Below are positions 9,001-19,181 of a stretch of 64,000 nucleotides of DNA, in pieces (position 1 is the stretch's first letter; the number at the start of each line of letters is the position of its first letter). The translations under genes were made by a program, and so were the position numbers. Under the pieces are notes generated by a model. It saw only the letters and a list, made by a program, of their open reading frames with translations, was not told the DNA's origin and searched no databases. Source of the stretch: an uncultured Candidatus Saccharibacteria bacterium (GTDB lineage: Bacteria > Patescibacteriota > Dojkabacteria > SC72). Where the stretch lies: NCBI GenBank assembly GCA_964560525.1, contig CAZLLO010000001.1, forward strand, positions 6,656 through 70,655, read 5' to 3'.

Positions 9001-9497
9001 CTAACTAAGATATTTTCCCTTTAGTTTTTCTATTCTTGCTTTGTGTTTTTCAACAAACCAATCATCAAGATATGGCAAATATTTTAACTGTATTTCTAAT
9101 GGTAGTTTAAAAAAATTTCCTTGATATACTTTTCGACAGTTTGAACTTCCACAGTTACATTGAAAAACGCCATCGTTATCTCCATTAACAGAATAATCAT
9201 ATGTTATTTCATCTCCCTCTTTTAAGCATAAACATTCCTAACTCCATTTTTTGTTTTAACATAGACATTTGGATCACAAGAATGATTTATATATACTTCA
9301 GGTTCTTGCATTAAAACGATTTTGTCAGAGAAATAATCACAATGAAATTCATGCTGCTCTTTTGTAAGTTTTGACTCATCTGTAACAACATTAGAATCAT
9401 CTATTTTTAATACAAAATCGCCCTCTCTGAAATCTCTACAGGCAAAAACTCCCTTTCCTTGCTTAGCAGATTTTTTTACTTCTACATCGTTAATCAT
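9001..9497 (-). pseudogene. SET-domain protein-lysine methyltransferase with post-SET motif, frameshifted
   Basis: GKGVFA...YINHSCDPN stops at 9222. Another frame continues KEGDEITYDY...FQCNCGSSNCRK to a TAG at 9001. The usual LRDI-like residues are missing at the junction, consistent with a ~10-bp deletion. Confidence 0.88.
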
Positions 9498-9534
9498 AGA
9501 ATCAATTATACACTTTCTTTATATCCTTTTCTGT

Positions 9535-9565
9535 TCCAGACCCATATGTTCCGTATTATTTCTCT
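9535..9565 (+). repeat. Intergenic repeat family A, copy 3
   Basis: TCCAGACCCATATGTTCCGTATTATTTCTCT. Confidence 0.9.
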
Positions 9566-9645
9566 TTTCCCCCGTATTGTGTAAGTTCTAATAAATTAGT
9601 TCATATTTATTTTCAAACTGTATATCATGCTATATAATGTAAGCC

Positions 9646-10290
9646 ATGGTTATAAAAGCAAAAGCAGTAATATTTGATAGAGATGGTGTAATTATTGATT
9701 CCGATACACTAGTAGGACAATCAATAATTTACGGACTTAGAGAAATTGGTATCGATGTTCCAGAGGATGATATTCCACCTATGGCAGGAAAAAGCGTAGA
9801 TACACTTAGAGATTCTTTATTATCTAAATGGAACTTCAATTTTGATGAATTTCGTGCCATTCAAAGAAAATATTTTTATGACAATTTAGATAACGCTCCC
9901 TATTACACGGATATGGTTGGGTTTATAAAAGATTTACATGCCCAGAATAAAATTCTTGCGCTAACAACATCCGCTGGTAGAGAAGGAACTACCCTAATTT
10001 TAAAGAAAATTGGGATAAATGATATGTTCAATGTTATCATCGCAAAAGAAGATTGTGCTAAGCTGAAACCTGATCCTGAACCATATCTGAAAACAGCTGA
10101 AATGCTTGGTGTCTCACCAGAGGATTGCATAGTAATCGAAGACTCAGCAATAGGTGTTGAAGCAGCAAAAAAAGCTAATATGAAATGTATTGCAATACCA
10201 AATAAACATACGAATAAGCAAGACTTTTCCATAGCAGATTTAGTAGCCAGCTCGGTGGAAGATATAAAAAACAATATTTTAATCTCTTAG
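9646..10290 (+). CDS. HAD-family phosphatase (beta-PGM/CbbY-like)
   Basis: IFDRDGVIIDS motif I, KPDPEPY, IEDSAIGVEAA. Confidence 0.9.
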   Translation: MVIKAKAVIFDRDGVIIDSDTLVGQSIIYGLREIGIDVPEDDIPPMAGKSVDTLRDSLLSKWNFNFDEFRAIQRKYFYDNLDNAPYYTDMVGFIKDLHAQNKILALTTSAGREGTTLILKKIGINDMFNVIIAKEDCAKLKPDPEPYLKTAEMLGVSPEDCIVIEDSAIGVEAAKKANMKCIAIPNKHTNKQDFSIADLVASSVEDIKNNILIS

Positions 10291-10322
10291 GTATTTAGGA
10301 ATATTGGGAGCCCATTATGTGT

Positions 10323-10345
10323 TCCAGACCTGTATGTCCCGTATT
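10323..10345 (+). repeat. Intergenic repeat family A, copy 4
   Basis: TCCAGACCTGTATGTCCCGTATT; 21/23 identical to copy 1. Confidence 0.85.
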
Positions 10346-10356
10346 CATTATCTCCT

Positions 10357-11088
10357 CTATTGTTTGCTATCACTCTTCATCTTTCTTTTGAATATAGCCA
10401 TTGTTAATGCGTAAACTCCACAGATATATACAAAAATAATTAGAATTGATAAGAAGAGATTTTCTACATTAGAAGCCAATACACCTCTAGTAAGATCAGC
10501 TGCCCATATAAATGGGAGCCCCTTACAAATATATCCAAATACTTTCCCTGCAAGATCTATAGAGAACCACATACCTGAAGTAAATGCTACTAATTGGATC
10601 ACGATACTACCTAGAGGGCCAGAGGATTTATCAGTAGATATACATCCTACAAGAACTCCCAAACCAATAAATAAGATAGAAATAGGAATTAAAACCAATA
10701 TTGCCCATAAAATGTTAATAGAAAAATGCAAACCTAAGAGAATACCCGTAGCAAAGAAAAATACACTCTGAGTAATAGTTAAAGGAAGTAATGCAAGAGA
10801 ATAACCCAAGATATAATCAATTGGCTTCATAGGACTAGAAAATAACCTTGAAAGAAGTGATGTACTCCTATCTCTAGCAACTAGGTTTGCTGTAAACAAA
10901 GATATGAAAGAGAAACTAAACAAAATAATACTAGGTGTGAAATTTCCAATTGAATACTGTTCAACTGGGATATTAAATTGCTGAAATATAATTAGGAAAA
11001 ACAAAGGTAAGAGAATACAAAATACAAGACTCATAGGATCTCTAAGTAATTCTTTTATATTTCTTTCTGCGAAAGCTATCATTCTCAT
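10357..11088 (-). CDS. ABC-2 type transporter permease
   Basis: About six TM segments, RDP motif, SGMWFS; follows the ABC ATPase. Confidence 0.88.
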   Translation of the reverse strand: MRMIAFAERNIKELLRDPMSLVFCILLPLFFLIIFQQFNIPVEQYSIGNFTPSIILFSFSFISLFTANLVARDRSTSLLSRLFSSPMKPIDYILGYSLALLPLTITQSVFFFATGILLGLHFSINILWAILVLIPISILFIGLGVLVGCISTDKSSGPLGSIVIQLVAFTSGMWFSIDLAGKVFGYICKGLPFIWAADLTRGVLASNVENLFLSILIIFVYICGVYALTMAIFKRKMKSDSKQ

Positions 11089-11089
11089 A

Positions 11090-11812
11090 TTATTTATTCC
11101 TTGTTGCTATATTAACAAATGCATCTTCAAAATTTTTAGCATTAGATAATTTAATTAACTCCTTACTTGTTCCAACTTCTAAAAGATGCCCTTCTACCAT
11201 TATTCCAACTCTATCTGCCAACATTTCAGCTTCTTCCATGTAATGAGTTGTTAAAACAATTGTTTTTTTACCCTTTAAACTTTCTATCACTTTCCAAAGC
11301 TCTCTCCTAGCCAAAACATCTAAACCTAAAGTCGGTTCATCTAAAAATATAATCTTGGGATCATTCACAAGAGCCATAGCTATAGAAAGCCTTCTCTGCC
11401 AACCACCCGAAAGTGTCTTAGCACTTTGTTTTCGCACCTCTTCCAAGCCAAATTCTCCTATCAACCCTTCTACGATATTCTTTGTATTTCCTATTTCATA
11501 AATACCTGATATGAAATATAGATTCTCTTCAACTGAAAGATTGGGTGCAATTGCAGTTTCTTGTGGGCTTACATTTACAATATTTTTTACACTATTAGAA
11601 TCTTTAACAATACTGCTACCACACAATAAAGCATCCCCACTACTAGGTGTTAACAAACACGTTAGTATCTTAATTAAAGTAGTTTTACCAGCACCATTTA
11701 CACCAAGCAATGCAAATAGCTCACCCTCGTGGATATCTAAATTAACATCATTGACAGCAACTTTCTGTCCGAAATTTTTTACAATATGTTTTATTTCGAT
11801 AGAATTTGTCAT
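11090..11812 (-). CDS. ABC transporter ATP-binding protein
   Basis: GVNGAGKTT, LSGG, LDEPT, TTHYM. Confidence 0.95.
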   Translation of the reverse strand: MTNSIEIKHIVKNFGQKVAVNDVNLDIHEGELFALLGVNGAGKTTLIKILTCLLTPSSGDALLCGSSIVKDSNSVKNIVNVSPQETAIAPNLSVEENLYFISGIYEIGNTKNIVEGLIGEFGLEEVRKQSAKTLSGGWQRRLSIAMALVNDPKIIFLDEPTLGLDVLARRELWKVIESLKGKKTIVLTTHYMEEAEMLADRVGIMVEGHLLEVGTSKELIKLSNAKNFEDAFVNIATRNK

Positions 11813-12030
11813 TATCTTTTTGTCTTACTTTTAATAGTATTTCCTGTTAAGTCTTCAAAATGCTCAGATTTAACAATTGCTATCCCCTTTTTCTTGTCTG
11901 CCAACATCACAATAGAATCGCCAGGATTAATTTCAAACATATCACGAATATCCTTAGGGATTACTATTTGTCCTCTTTCGCCTACTTTGCAAACTCCAAT
12001 ATATTTATCTTTTGGCATATTTATATTCAA
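11812..12030 (-). CDS. AbrB/MazE/SpoVT-family DNA-binding protein
   Basis: KVGERGQIVIPKDIRDMFEINPGD; real start probably the ATG at 12018. Confidence 0.9.
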   Translation of the reverse strand: MNINMPKDKYIGVCKVGERGQIVIPKDIRDMFEINPGDSIVMLADKKKGIAIVKSEHFEDLTGNTIKSKTKR

Positions 12031-12038
12031 GGTAAAAT

Positions 12039-12065
12039 TTCATATTTATCATACTATTCATATTT
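12039..12065. promoter_or_regulatory. Three tandem 9-bp repeats, putative AbrB-family operator
   Basis: TTCATATTT-ATCATACTA-TTCATATTT directly upstream of the AbrB-ABC operon. Confidence 0.5.
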
Positions 12066-12125
12066 GAGTCGTGCAAGACAGATTTAATAATTATTCTCAA
12101 TATCGTTTATTGAGATACTATACAA

Positions 12126-13001
12126 TTAGAAATTCCCCATTCTTAATTGCTCACTCTCTCTATTCTTTATTTTGTAATTGTTCTGTATATTATATTTTCT
12201 TTTATACTTGCTTACCCTAATATAAAAGACCTCCCTGTACTCCCTACTAACAAATCCTCCCTTGTACAACTCCAAATATTTTTTAAAATATTCTGGAAAC
12301 TCCCTCTCAATAAAGCCAAGAAAATGACTCTTAGTAACACCCCTTAGATTTAGTATCTGACACAAAACATAATCTATTGGCACAGATGATATATGACTAA
12401 ATAAATCATCAAGATTTTCATCGGTATCAGTTAAGAGAGGTAAAAAAGGCATCGCTAAAACACCTAAGTTAACATTTGTTTTTCTAAACTCTTTTAATAC
12501 CTCCAATCTCTCAGTAGGCTTAGAAGCTCCAGGCTCTGTTTTAGGATATATATTTGAATCAAAGGTTGTAAGAGATACTGCCAAACTTACAGATGCTACA
12601 TTAGAAAGTTCATTCCACAGCTCAATATCTCTTAAAATTAATTTTGATTTCGTAGAGATTGTCACTGGATTCTTGTATTTGATTAATATTTTAAGAATTT
12701 CTGGCATTATTTCTTCCTCTTTTTCGAGTCTCTGATAACTGTCTGTTACACCCCCTAAATTAATAATTTCCCCTTTCCATCTTTTTGAAGATATCTTCTT
12801 TTCGAGTAATTCAGGTATATTATCTTTAACATATATCTCACCAAAGAAATCTCCATCCTCAAGATATCTGTGTGAATATTGTGCATAGCAGTATTGGCAG
12901 TGATGACTACAGCCTCTAAAGATATTTAAATCCCAATTATATGGAAGATATTTCGAGTTGAGTTTATTTAATGCAGATTTGGAATCTATTCTTTTTACCA
13001 T
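12126..13001 (-). CDS. Radical SAM protein (SplB-like family)
   Basis: CSHHCQYC motif, GVTDSYQ, ISTKS, EPGAS..ERL. Confidence 0.88.
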   Translation of the reverse strand: MVKRIDSKSALNKLNSKYLPYNWDLNIFRGCSHHCQYCYAQYSHRYLEDGDFFGEIYVKDNIPELLEKKISSKRWKGEIINLGGVTDSYQRLEKEEEIMPEILKILIKYKNPVTISTKSKLILRDIELWNELSNVASVSLAVSLTTFDSNIYPKTEPGASKPTERLEVLKEFRKTNVNLGVLAMPFLPLLTDTDENLDDLFSHISSVPIDYVLCQILNLRGVTKSHFLGFIEREFPEYFKKYLELYKGGFVSREYREVFYIRVSKYKRKYNIQNNYKIKNRESEQLRMGNF

Positions 13002-13066
13002 ATTTAATTATATCATCAGTATATTGTTTGAAATGTGAGGGGAACAGATATTTGGTATAATTAAAT

Positions 13067-13240
13067 ATGAAAAACAATAAAGAATATTTCTTCATCGACC
13101 TTAATGTCATTGATATGAAAATAGTTAATTGGGGAATATCTAATACAGCAACTCTTACAGGAGAAACAGGAGACAAGGACATTCATAGGATATTTCTAAC
13201 TAAGGGGCAATACAACAAGTTTCTAGCTTACTTAAAGTAA
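13067..13240 (+). CDS. Small hypothetical protein (57 aa), below ORF-track cutoff
   Basis: MKNNKEYFFIDLN...RIFLTKGQYNKFLAYLK*; TGGTATAAT 5 nt upstream of the ATG. Confidence 0.7.
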   Translation: MKNNKEYFFIDLNVIDMKIVNWGISNTATLTGETGDKDIHRIFLTKGQYNKFLAYLK

Positions 13241-13317
13241 TCAGAATAGCTTTTATTCTGATTTTGACATAACTATTCCTAATTGATACAGTAGTAAATA
13301 ATCTCATTCATATTAAG

Positions 13318-15165
13318 ATGAAGAAATTAATTCTCCCTCAAATAAAGCTAACTAAGAAGCAAATCCTTTTCATTTGTATTCCCCTTGCCGTTATAATCCT
13401 CCTAGTTATTGGCTTTTTCATACTAAAAGGCATGGGAAAGCTCAACTTTGGAAATAATGTAGAAAATAACCAAACAAAAGAAGGATATGCCAACGACATG
13501 GTAGAAGATCCTGAAGATATATATCAACCGTTTGAGGAATCAAATACAAAAATTAAAATATATGGAGAAATTGGATGGGATAATGAAGGAGGAACAGTAC
13601 CTACATACGTAAATATGAGTAAACAATGCTCAACACAAATTGCATGGGATGAAGTAAACGCATATATAAATGAACATTGGGGCGAAAAAAAGAAAAATGA
13701 ACTAGAATCAGAATATCTAGCATCTAAAGGGCTTTCATATACAAGCTATGATGAATACAGCACAACTTTTACGAATCCTCCACACACCCGTCTTACTGGA
13801 GAAGCAACCGAGGTTGAAAATCACTGTATCATTAGCACATCTTCAGGTTTTGATATATCAAGGACATGGAACGAAGAAGAACACAACTTTACTCAAAATC
13901 CTATGTTAAGTGCATATGTAGAATTACCTGATGGTTCTTTACTCACAATGAATGACTCTTCTACATTTCAGATAAATGTATATGATAATGAAATAAGAGT
14001 TGTACTAGAAGAAGGTTTAGGATATTTTAGAATAGCTGAACAAAAAGATGGAAAGACTTTTGCAGTTCAAGTCGGAGATAAGGTATACAAGACACAAGGA
14101 GGAACAGAGCTTTATGTTTACTCTGTATCATATATTAACCGATCACAAGCATTCAAAACAGAATTCGCTATCTTTGCAGATACAGAGGGATATGATGGAT
14201 TTCAGACATACTTCAACCAAGAGGCAACAGAACGGAGCCAAGCATATCTAGCAGGAATAAAGACAATAGCTGGAGATGGAGAAATATACCAGAGAGGTAC
14301 TAACAATAAGATCGAGAAATCAGAGAATGAATACAGATTCGCCTACTACTACAAATATACATATACAACAGATAGTATAAAGGGCGGGTACACACGCAAT
14401 GCCAACGAAGTACCAACTCTCTCATCATTTGGTACATATGTTAGCAATGATCTTGATACAGGTCTTAATTTGAATATTAATAACTCAAGCAGAGAATACT
14501 ATGACTTCTTTGTACGAGATCAAAAAGCATTGAATAAGATTGGACAAGGCTTTGAGAATATCGTAAAGAACAACAATGGAAATATATCCAAGATGATGAA
14601 AGAGTATGTAGTATATTACACAAATCTTGGAACTAAACAGTTAGCAGAGAGAGCAGCTACCGAGGAAAAAGATACTCGTCCATGTAGCGGTGTATGGTTT
14701 CTGGAAGATTCTCCTACCTGTGGCTGTAAAACAGGCTGGACATACATCAAAGAAGCCAAAGGTTGCTGCCCTAGTGGCTCAACATATTCAACAAGTCAAA
14801 ATAAATGTATAACTACAACAATAATATCTAGATGTCCATCGGGGACATATAGTGTTGGCAATAATAAATGTTGTAAAACAGGGTCTAAATTATCTAGTGA
14901 TGGTACTAAATGTGTATCCAGTACGAATAAATCAGACAAAACACCAACGTATTATCCAGATAGTGGGACAACAAGTTCTGGAACATCTGGTAGTACAGGT
15001 TCCTCTTCCAGTTCAACAGGTGGTAGTTGCCAAGCACAAGATATGGAAGCCTGTTTCGAGATGGGCATTATGAAAGATCAATGCCCGGGTGGTGCAGCAG
15101 GTCCTGGATTCTATGTAAAAAATGGACAATGTTGCCAAACAGTAAAAATGGAATGCGTTGACTAA
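13318..15165 (+). CDS. Membrane-anchored surface protein with FecR-like domain and Cys-rich C-terminus
   Basis: N-terminal TM; FecR-like VELPDGSLLTMNDSS..VVLEEG; Cys-rich C-terminus with CC pairs and a Ser/Gly linker. Confidence 0.65.
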   Translation: MKKLILPQIKLTKKQILFICIPLAVIILLVIGFFILKGMGKLNFGNNVENNQTKEGYANDMVEDPEDIYQPFEESNTKIKIYGEIGWDNEGGTVPTYVNMSKQCSTQIAWDEVNAYINEHWGEKKKNELESEYLASKGLSYTSYDEYSTTFTNPPHTRLTGEATEVENHCIISTSSGFDISRTWNEEEHNFTQNPMLSAYVELPDGSLLTMNDSSTFQINVYDNEIRVVLEEGLGYFRIAEQKDGKTFAVQVGDKVYKTQGGTELYVYSVSYINRSQAFKTEFAIFADTEGYDGFQTYFNQEATERSQAYLAGIKTIAGDGEIYQRGTNNKIEKSENEYRFAYYYKYTYTTDSIKGGYTRNANEVPTLSSFGTYVSNDLDTGLNLNINNSSREYYDFFVRDQKALNKIGQGFENIVKNNNGNISKMMKEYVVYYTNLGTKQLAERAATEEKDTRPCSGVWFLEDSPTCGCKTGWTYIKEAKGCCPSGSTYSTSQNKCITTTIISRCPSGTYSVGNNKCCKTGSKLSSDGTKCVSSTNKSDKTPTYYPDSGTTSSGTSGSTGSSSSSTGGSCQAQDMEACFEMGIMKDQCPGGAAGPGFYVKNGQCCQTVKMECVD

Positions 15166-15191
15166 TTAGATAATTTATTAAAAAAATATAT

Positions 15192-15704
15192 ATGAACAGT
15201 AATCAAATATTATTTCTCCTAATAAATATATTAGGTGGTGTAGCCGTGATTTTAAGCTATATTATTGGCTTCAAATCTGCAAAAGGACCTGAAACACTTT
15301 GGGGAGGAGTTCCAAAAAAATTACGCAATCTCTATACTTTCTCCATCCTAACCAGTGCTGTAGCTTATTTTGTTTTTTCATCATACATATTTAAAATGCT
15401 CGCTGGAAATGTAGACCTCTCTTTCTTCTACTATATATATGCCACCCTTCTAACCGCTTCAGCTCTCTGGCTTCCACTTGTTAATATGATGGCTAAGAAA
15501 AATAGAAAGTGGACATGGATTAGTATTAGAACAGTATTAGTTTTAACTTCGTTTTCATTCTTTCTTCTCTTGGTAATATTACTATGCACAGTACCAACAG
15601 GCATACACTATTACATTTCTGTAATAGGGCTAGTATTTGCGACTCTTCATACAGGAGTATTAGATGCAATACTATGGCCTCACTACTGGAAAACCAGGAA
15701 ATAA
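15192..15704 (+). CDS. Hypothetical integral membrane protein
   Basis: About five hydrophobic segments, LWGGVP and HT..LDA..W motifs. Confidence 0.7.
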   Translation: MNSNQILFLLINILGGVAVILSYIIGFKSAKGPETLWGGVPKKLRNLYTFSILTSAVAYFVFSSYIFKMLAGNVDLSFFYYIYATLLTASALWLPLVNMMAKKNRKWTWISIRTVLVLTSFSFFLLLVILLCTVPTGIHYYISVIGLVFATLHTGVLDAILWPHYWKTRK

Positions 15705-15765
15705 CGTAGATGTTAAAAAACGGTTTAGAAGTCAACTTCTCTAAGGTATACTTAAGATACCAAAC

Positions 15766-17664
15766 ATGAATATCAAAAATACAAAACACATAATCCTGTG
15801 TGCCATACTCTTTGTAATAATCCTACTCGGCCCTATTCTCGTGTTCTTTCTAATCACACAAAAAGAACTAACTACAAATACAAAAAGTATAAAACCAATC
15901 GATAAGTTTTGCATTCAAGGAACATTCCTCTTTCCAACCCTTTATGAAGTAAAAGCTTCATTTCCTACAGAAGTAGAAATAAGAGATAAAACAACTATTT
16001 TCAATAAGATAGATATTTTCGCCAAAGAAATATGCTTAAAACCCAATACCACACTCTCAGCCAATACTCCATATATTCTTACCCTCTCATACCTTGGAGT
16101 CTTTCAAAAGGAAATAAAAATACTAACGACGGACTATCCACAGATAAAAGAACCTAACCCAAAAACAACAATAGATCCTAATCAAATAATTACATACGAA
16201 TTAGATTATACCTCCGAATCTCTAAACTACACCCTTGTTCTAGACGATACCAAGACCCTCTGTACTAAAGAAAATAATCTCGTACATTGTAATATTGCTT
16301 CCCTTAATCTAAGACCAGATAGTGCACACAAGTTAAACCTGGTATCCTCGAATAAGACAGAGACTGTAAATACGCTAATTTCGACCAATATTACAGTACT
16401 CTCTCCTGTTAACATAGTTTCTACAAGCATACAACAAAATGAGATCATACAGAGTCTTTCAATCCCAGAAATAAAGATAACTTTAAATAAAGAGATAGAT
16501 AAAAATTTCAACACTATACTTGAGGATAACTTGAAGAATAAGGTCACATGCAAAGCTTCTGTTACAGGATCTAAGATTTTCATACAACCTCAAAGCACAT
16601 TTAAACAAAATACAGCATATACTCTAAAGCTTAATCAACTTATTGGTTTAGATGGAAGCCAATTAGAGAAAGAATATACTTTAGAGTTTTCCATAGGTAA
16701 TGGTCCGAAAATTACAAAAACGAATACAAGTAGTGCATTTCCAACAACAGGAAACATAGTAATCACATTTAATCAAAACCTTAAAAACTCACAAGATATT
16801 AAGAAATTCATAACGTTGAATTCCGGAACCGATTACTCATATACCATTAGCAAGAATAAGATAACTATAAACCCAAGCCATAGCTTAACTCTATGCAAGA
16901 AATATAGTTTGAACATAGCAAAGGGACTCAAAGGAAGTACCAACCTGATATCCACCTCTAATTCTTCATATACTTTTAAAACAACGTGTAAAAGAACTGT
17001 TCCAATTGGAACATCCGTACAAGGAAGAAGCATCTACGCGTATTACTTTGGTACTGGTAGTAAAAAGATTGTATTCTTTGGCTCAATACATGGATCTGAA
17101 GCAAATACTAAAACAACTCTTAATAGATGGGTAACAGAGTTAGAGAATAATAACAGTAGAATTCCATCAGACAAAACCATCATCGTTATACCGACAGTTA
17201 ATCCTGATGGAATAGCAAACAAGAGTAGATTTAATGCTAATGGTGTGGACTTGAATAGAAATTTTGATACTACCAATTGGGTAACAGGCACATACCTTCA
17301 AACTCATTTCTATCCTACTGGTGGAGGATCTAATCCATTCTCTGAGCCAGAGAGTCAGGATATTAGAAACCTCATAAACAGAGAAAATCCATATATTACA
17401 CTTACATACCATTCTGCAGCAGGATATGTGATACCTACAAATACAGGCACAGGTGTAGCATTGGGAAAAATATATTCTCAGTTATCTGGATACAGATATG
17501 TTGCCCCTGGCACGACTGGTTCTTTTACATATGATATTACTGGTACTTTCGAAGAATGGGCTGAAGAGCATGGGCACAATGCCTTGGTAATAGAGCTTTC
17601 CAGTGCATACTATGATCAATTTATACAAAATAGCAAAGCTATGTGGAGAATGGTTGAAAACTAA
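15766..17664 (+). CDS. Membrane-anchored Ig-like repeat protein with C-terminal M14 zinc peptidase (MpaA-like)
   Basis: N-terminal TM, Big_5-like repeats, IHGSE, NPDG, RFNANGVDLNRNF, SEPES, YHS, IEL. Confidence 0.88.
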   Translation: MNIKNTKHIILCAILFVIILLGPILVFFLITQKELTTNTKSIKPIDKFCIQGTFLFPTLYEVKASFPTEVEIRDKTTIFNKIDIFAKEICLKPNTTLSANTPYILTLSYLGVFQKEIKILTTDYPQIKEPNPKTTIDPNQIITYELDYTSESLNYTLVLDDTKTLCTKENNLVHCNIASLNLRPDSAHKLNLVSSNKTETVNTLISTNITVLSPVNIVSTSIQQNEIIQSLSIPEIKITLNKEIDKNFNTILEDNLKNKVTCKASVTGSKIFIQPQSTFKQNTAYTLKLNQLIGLDGSQLEKEYTLEFSIGNGPKITKTNTSSAFPTTGNIVITFNQNLKNSQDIKKFITLNSGTDYSYTISKNKITINPSHSLTLCKKYSLNIAKGLKGSTNLISTSNSSYTFKTTCKRTVPIGTSVQGRSIYAYYFGTGSKKIVFFGSIHGSEANTKTTLNRWVTELENNNSRIPSDKTIIVIPTVNPDGIANKSRFNANGVDLNRNFDTTNWVTGTYLQTHFYPTGGGSNPFSEPESQDIRNLINRENPYITLTYHSAAGYVIPTNTGTGVALGKIYSQLSGYRYVAPGTTGSFTYDITGTFEEWAEEHGHNALVIELSSAYYDQFIQNSKAMWRMVEN

Positions 17665-17703
17665 AAGCCACATAAATATCATATACCTGTTAGAATGTAG
17701 CAT

Positions 17704-18078
17704 ATGACAAATACCAAAAAGCAATTTACTACTATCGATGAATATATTTCCTCCTTTCCCAAAGAAGATCAGCTTCTTCTTCAACAATTTAGAGAAGCGA
17801 TTAAGAGTGTTGCTCCTGAAGCCACAGAGATTATTAAGTATCAGATGCCTACATTCATACTTAATGGTGATTTAGTATATTTCGCAGGATATGCACATCA
17901 TATTGGTTTCTATCCTACACCCTCAGGTATCGTTGCATTCAAGAAGAAACTTGTAAAATATGTTACCTCAAAGGGAGCTATTCAATTTCCTATTAGAAAA
18001 CAGATACCATTTAACTTAGTAAAGGAGATTGTAAAATTTAGAGTACAAGAAAACCAGAAAAGAGAACATACCAAATAG
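17704..18078 (+). CDS. DUF1801 (YdhG-like) protein
   Basis: TIDEYI..FP...APEATEIIKYQMPTF...HIGFYP...SKGAIQFP. Confidence 0.85.
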   Translation: MTNTKKQFTTIDEYISSFPKEDQLLLQQFREAIKSVAPEATEIIKYQMPTFILNGDLVYFAGYAHHIGFYPTPSGIVAFKKKLVKYVTSKGAIQFPIRKQIPFNLVKEIVKFRVQENQKREHTK

Positions 18079-18126
18079 CACAATACATGCTACTATATGT
18101 ATGTATTAATTTAGTTCATCATAAAT

Positions 18127-18609
18127 ATGGCATATCCAAATGAGTGTTGTCCAAAATTTGACCCTACTCCATGGCAAAATAAAGAGCATGTCTGGAAAGA
18201 TAAACTCTTTGTAAAAAAAGATGTAAATCAAATCTTCCACTTGCCACTTAACATGGGCAAAGTTATAACCGAAATGTTTGATAAAGTTCAGAAAGCTGGT
18301 GCAGAAACATCTGGAGAAGAATTTCTAATGCTTGCATATGATCCTTCACCATGGAAATCAGAAATGTATATATCAGTAACAAAGGAAGTCCCTAATATCG
18401 AGAATGTAAAACTCTCTGGCAAATATATTAGTAAAGTCTTTGATGGTCCATACAATGCAGTCCCTAGTTGGATTGCAGAATTTGAATTGTATTTAAAAGA
18501 AAAGAATCTGAAAGCTTTAAGATATTACTTCTACTACACTACATGCCCGAAGTGTGCTAAGAAATACGGACATAACTATGTTGTAGCTTTTGCACAAACA
18601 GAGAAATAG
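18127..18609 (+). CDS. Conserved hypothetical GyrI-like/putative hydrolase
   Basis: CCPKFDP..W, KVFDGPY, YYTTCPKCAKKYGHNYVV family pattern. Confidence 0.65.
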   Translation: MAYPNECCPKFDPTPWQNKEHVWKDKLFVKKDVNQIFHLPLNMGKVITEMFDKVQKAGAETSGEEFLMLAYDPSPWKSEMYISVTKEVPNIENVKLSGKYISKVFDGPYNAVPSWIAEFELYLKEKNLKALRYYFYYTTCPKCAKKYGHNYVVAFAQTEK

Positions 18610-18617
18610 ACAAGTAA

Positions 18618-19181
18618 CTACCTTATATACACACAACTAGGAGTAACTAATTCAGATATATATGAGATTTTAATCTCCTTCTTCTCTTTCCCTCCATTAG
18701 GGATATATACTGCACATGCCTTATCTACCCTGTATCTAAAATAGTCATCTAAGCTTTGACTAGTATTAGGAAACATTCCCATTAAAGTACAGTACTGTGA
18801 GAGATCCAAAGACATATCAATTTTCTTTAGATTTTTAGCAGTAATAGCAAAATGAGATTTCTTCTTATTCCCAACTAACAGTACTTCCTCAGGAAGCTTA
18901 GACCAGACATCCTTGTCAGAAGAATATTCTTCAAACCTATCTACTTTGTCTGGTATAAAGCTAGATTTAGTCTCAACGAAAAGAACATAAATAGGTTGAG
19001 TATTTGAATATGACATGAGGCTTTGAATAGTTTTAGGATGACAGAACACTCCGCTATATCCCCAGAAATATTTTCCAATCTTCTTTTCTTCTTTCTGCTT
19101 AATTTCAATTATCTCATCCAACGAATGGTTACAATACGGACCCACTTTCATAAGGATGATATTTTGAAATTGGCTTTCCAT
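18618..19181 (-). CDS. Hypothetical protein
   Basis: 187-aa ORF abutting the upstream gene (TAA-ATG); MKVG..IIEIK..E..G.YFWGYSG..CHP. Confidence 0.7.
   Translation of the reverse strand: MESQFQNIILMKVGPYCNHSLDEIIEIKQKEEKKIGKYFWGYSGVFCHPKTIQSLMSYSNTQPIYVLFVETKSSFIPDKVDRFEEYSSDKDVWSKLPEEVLLVGNKKKSHFAITAKNLKKIDMSLDLSQYCTLMGMFPNTSQSLDDYFRYRVDKACAVYIPNGGKEKKEIKISYISELVTPSCVYIR

Noticed and set aside
7633-10345. CRISPR array interpretation of the A/B repeats
   Set aside because: Spacing is irregular (about 90-800 bp), the intervals contain genes, and there are no cas genes.
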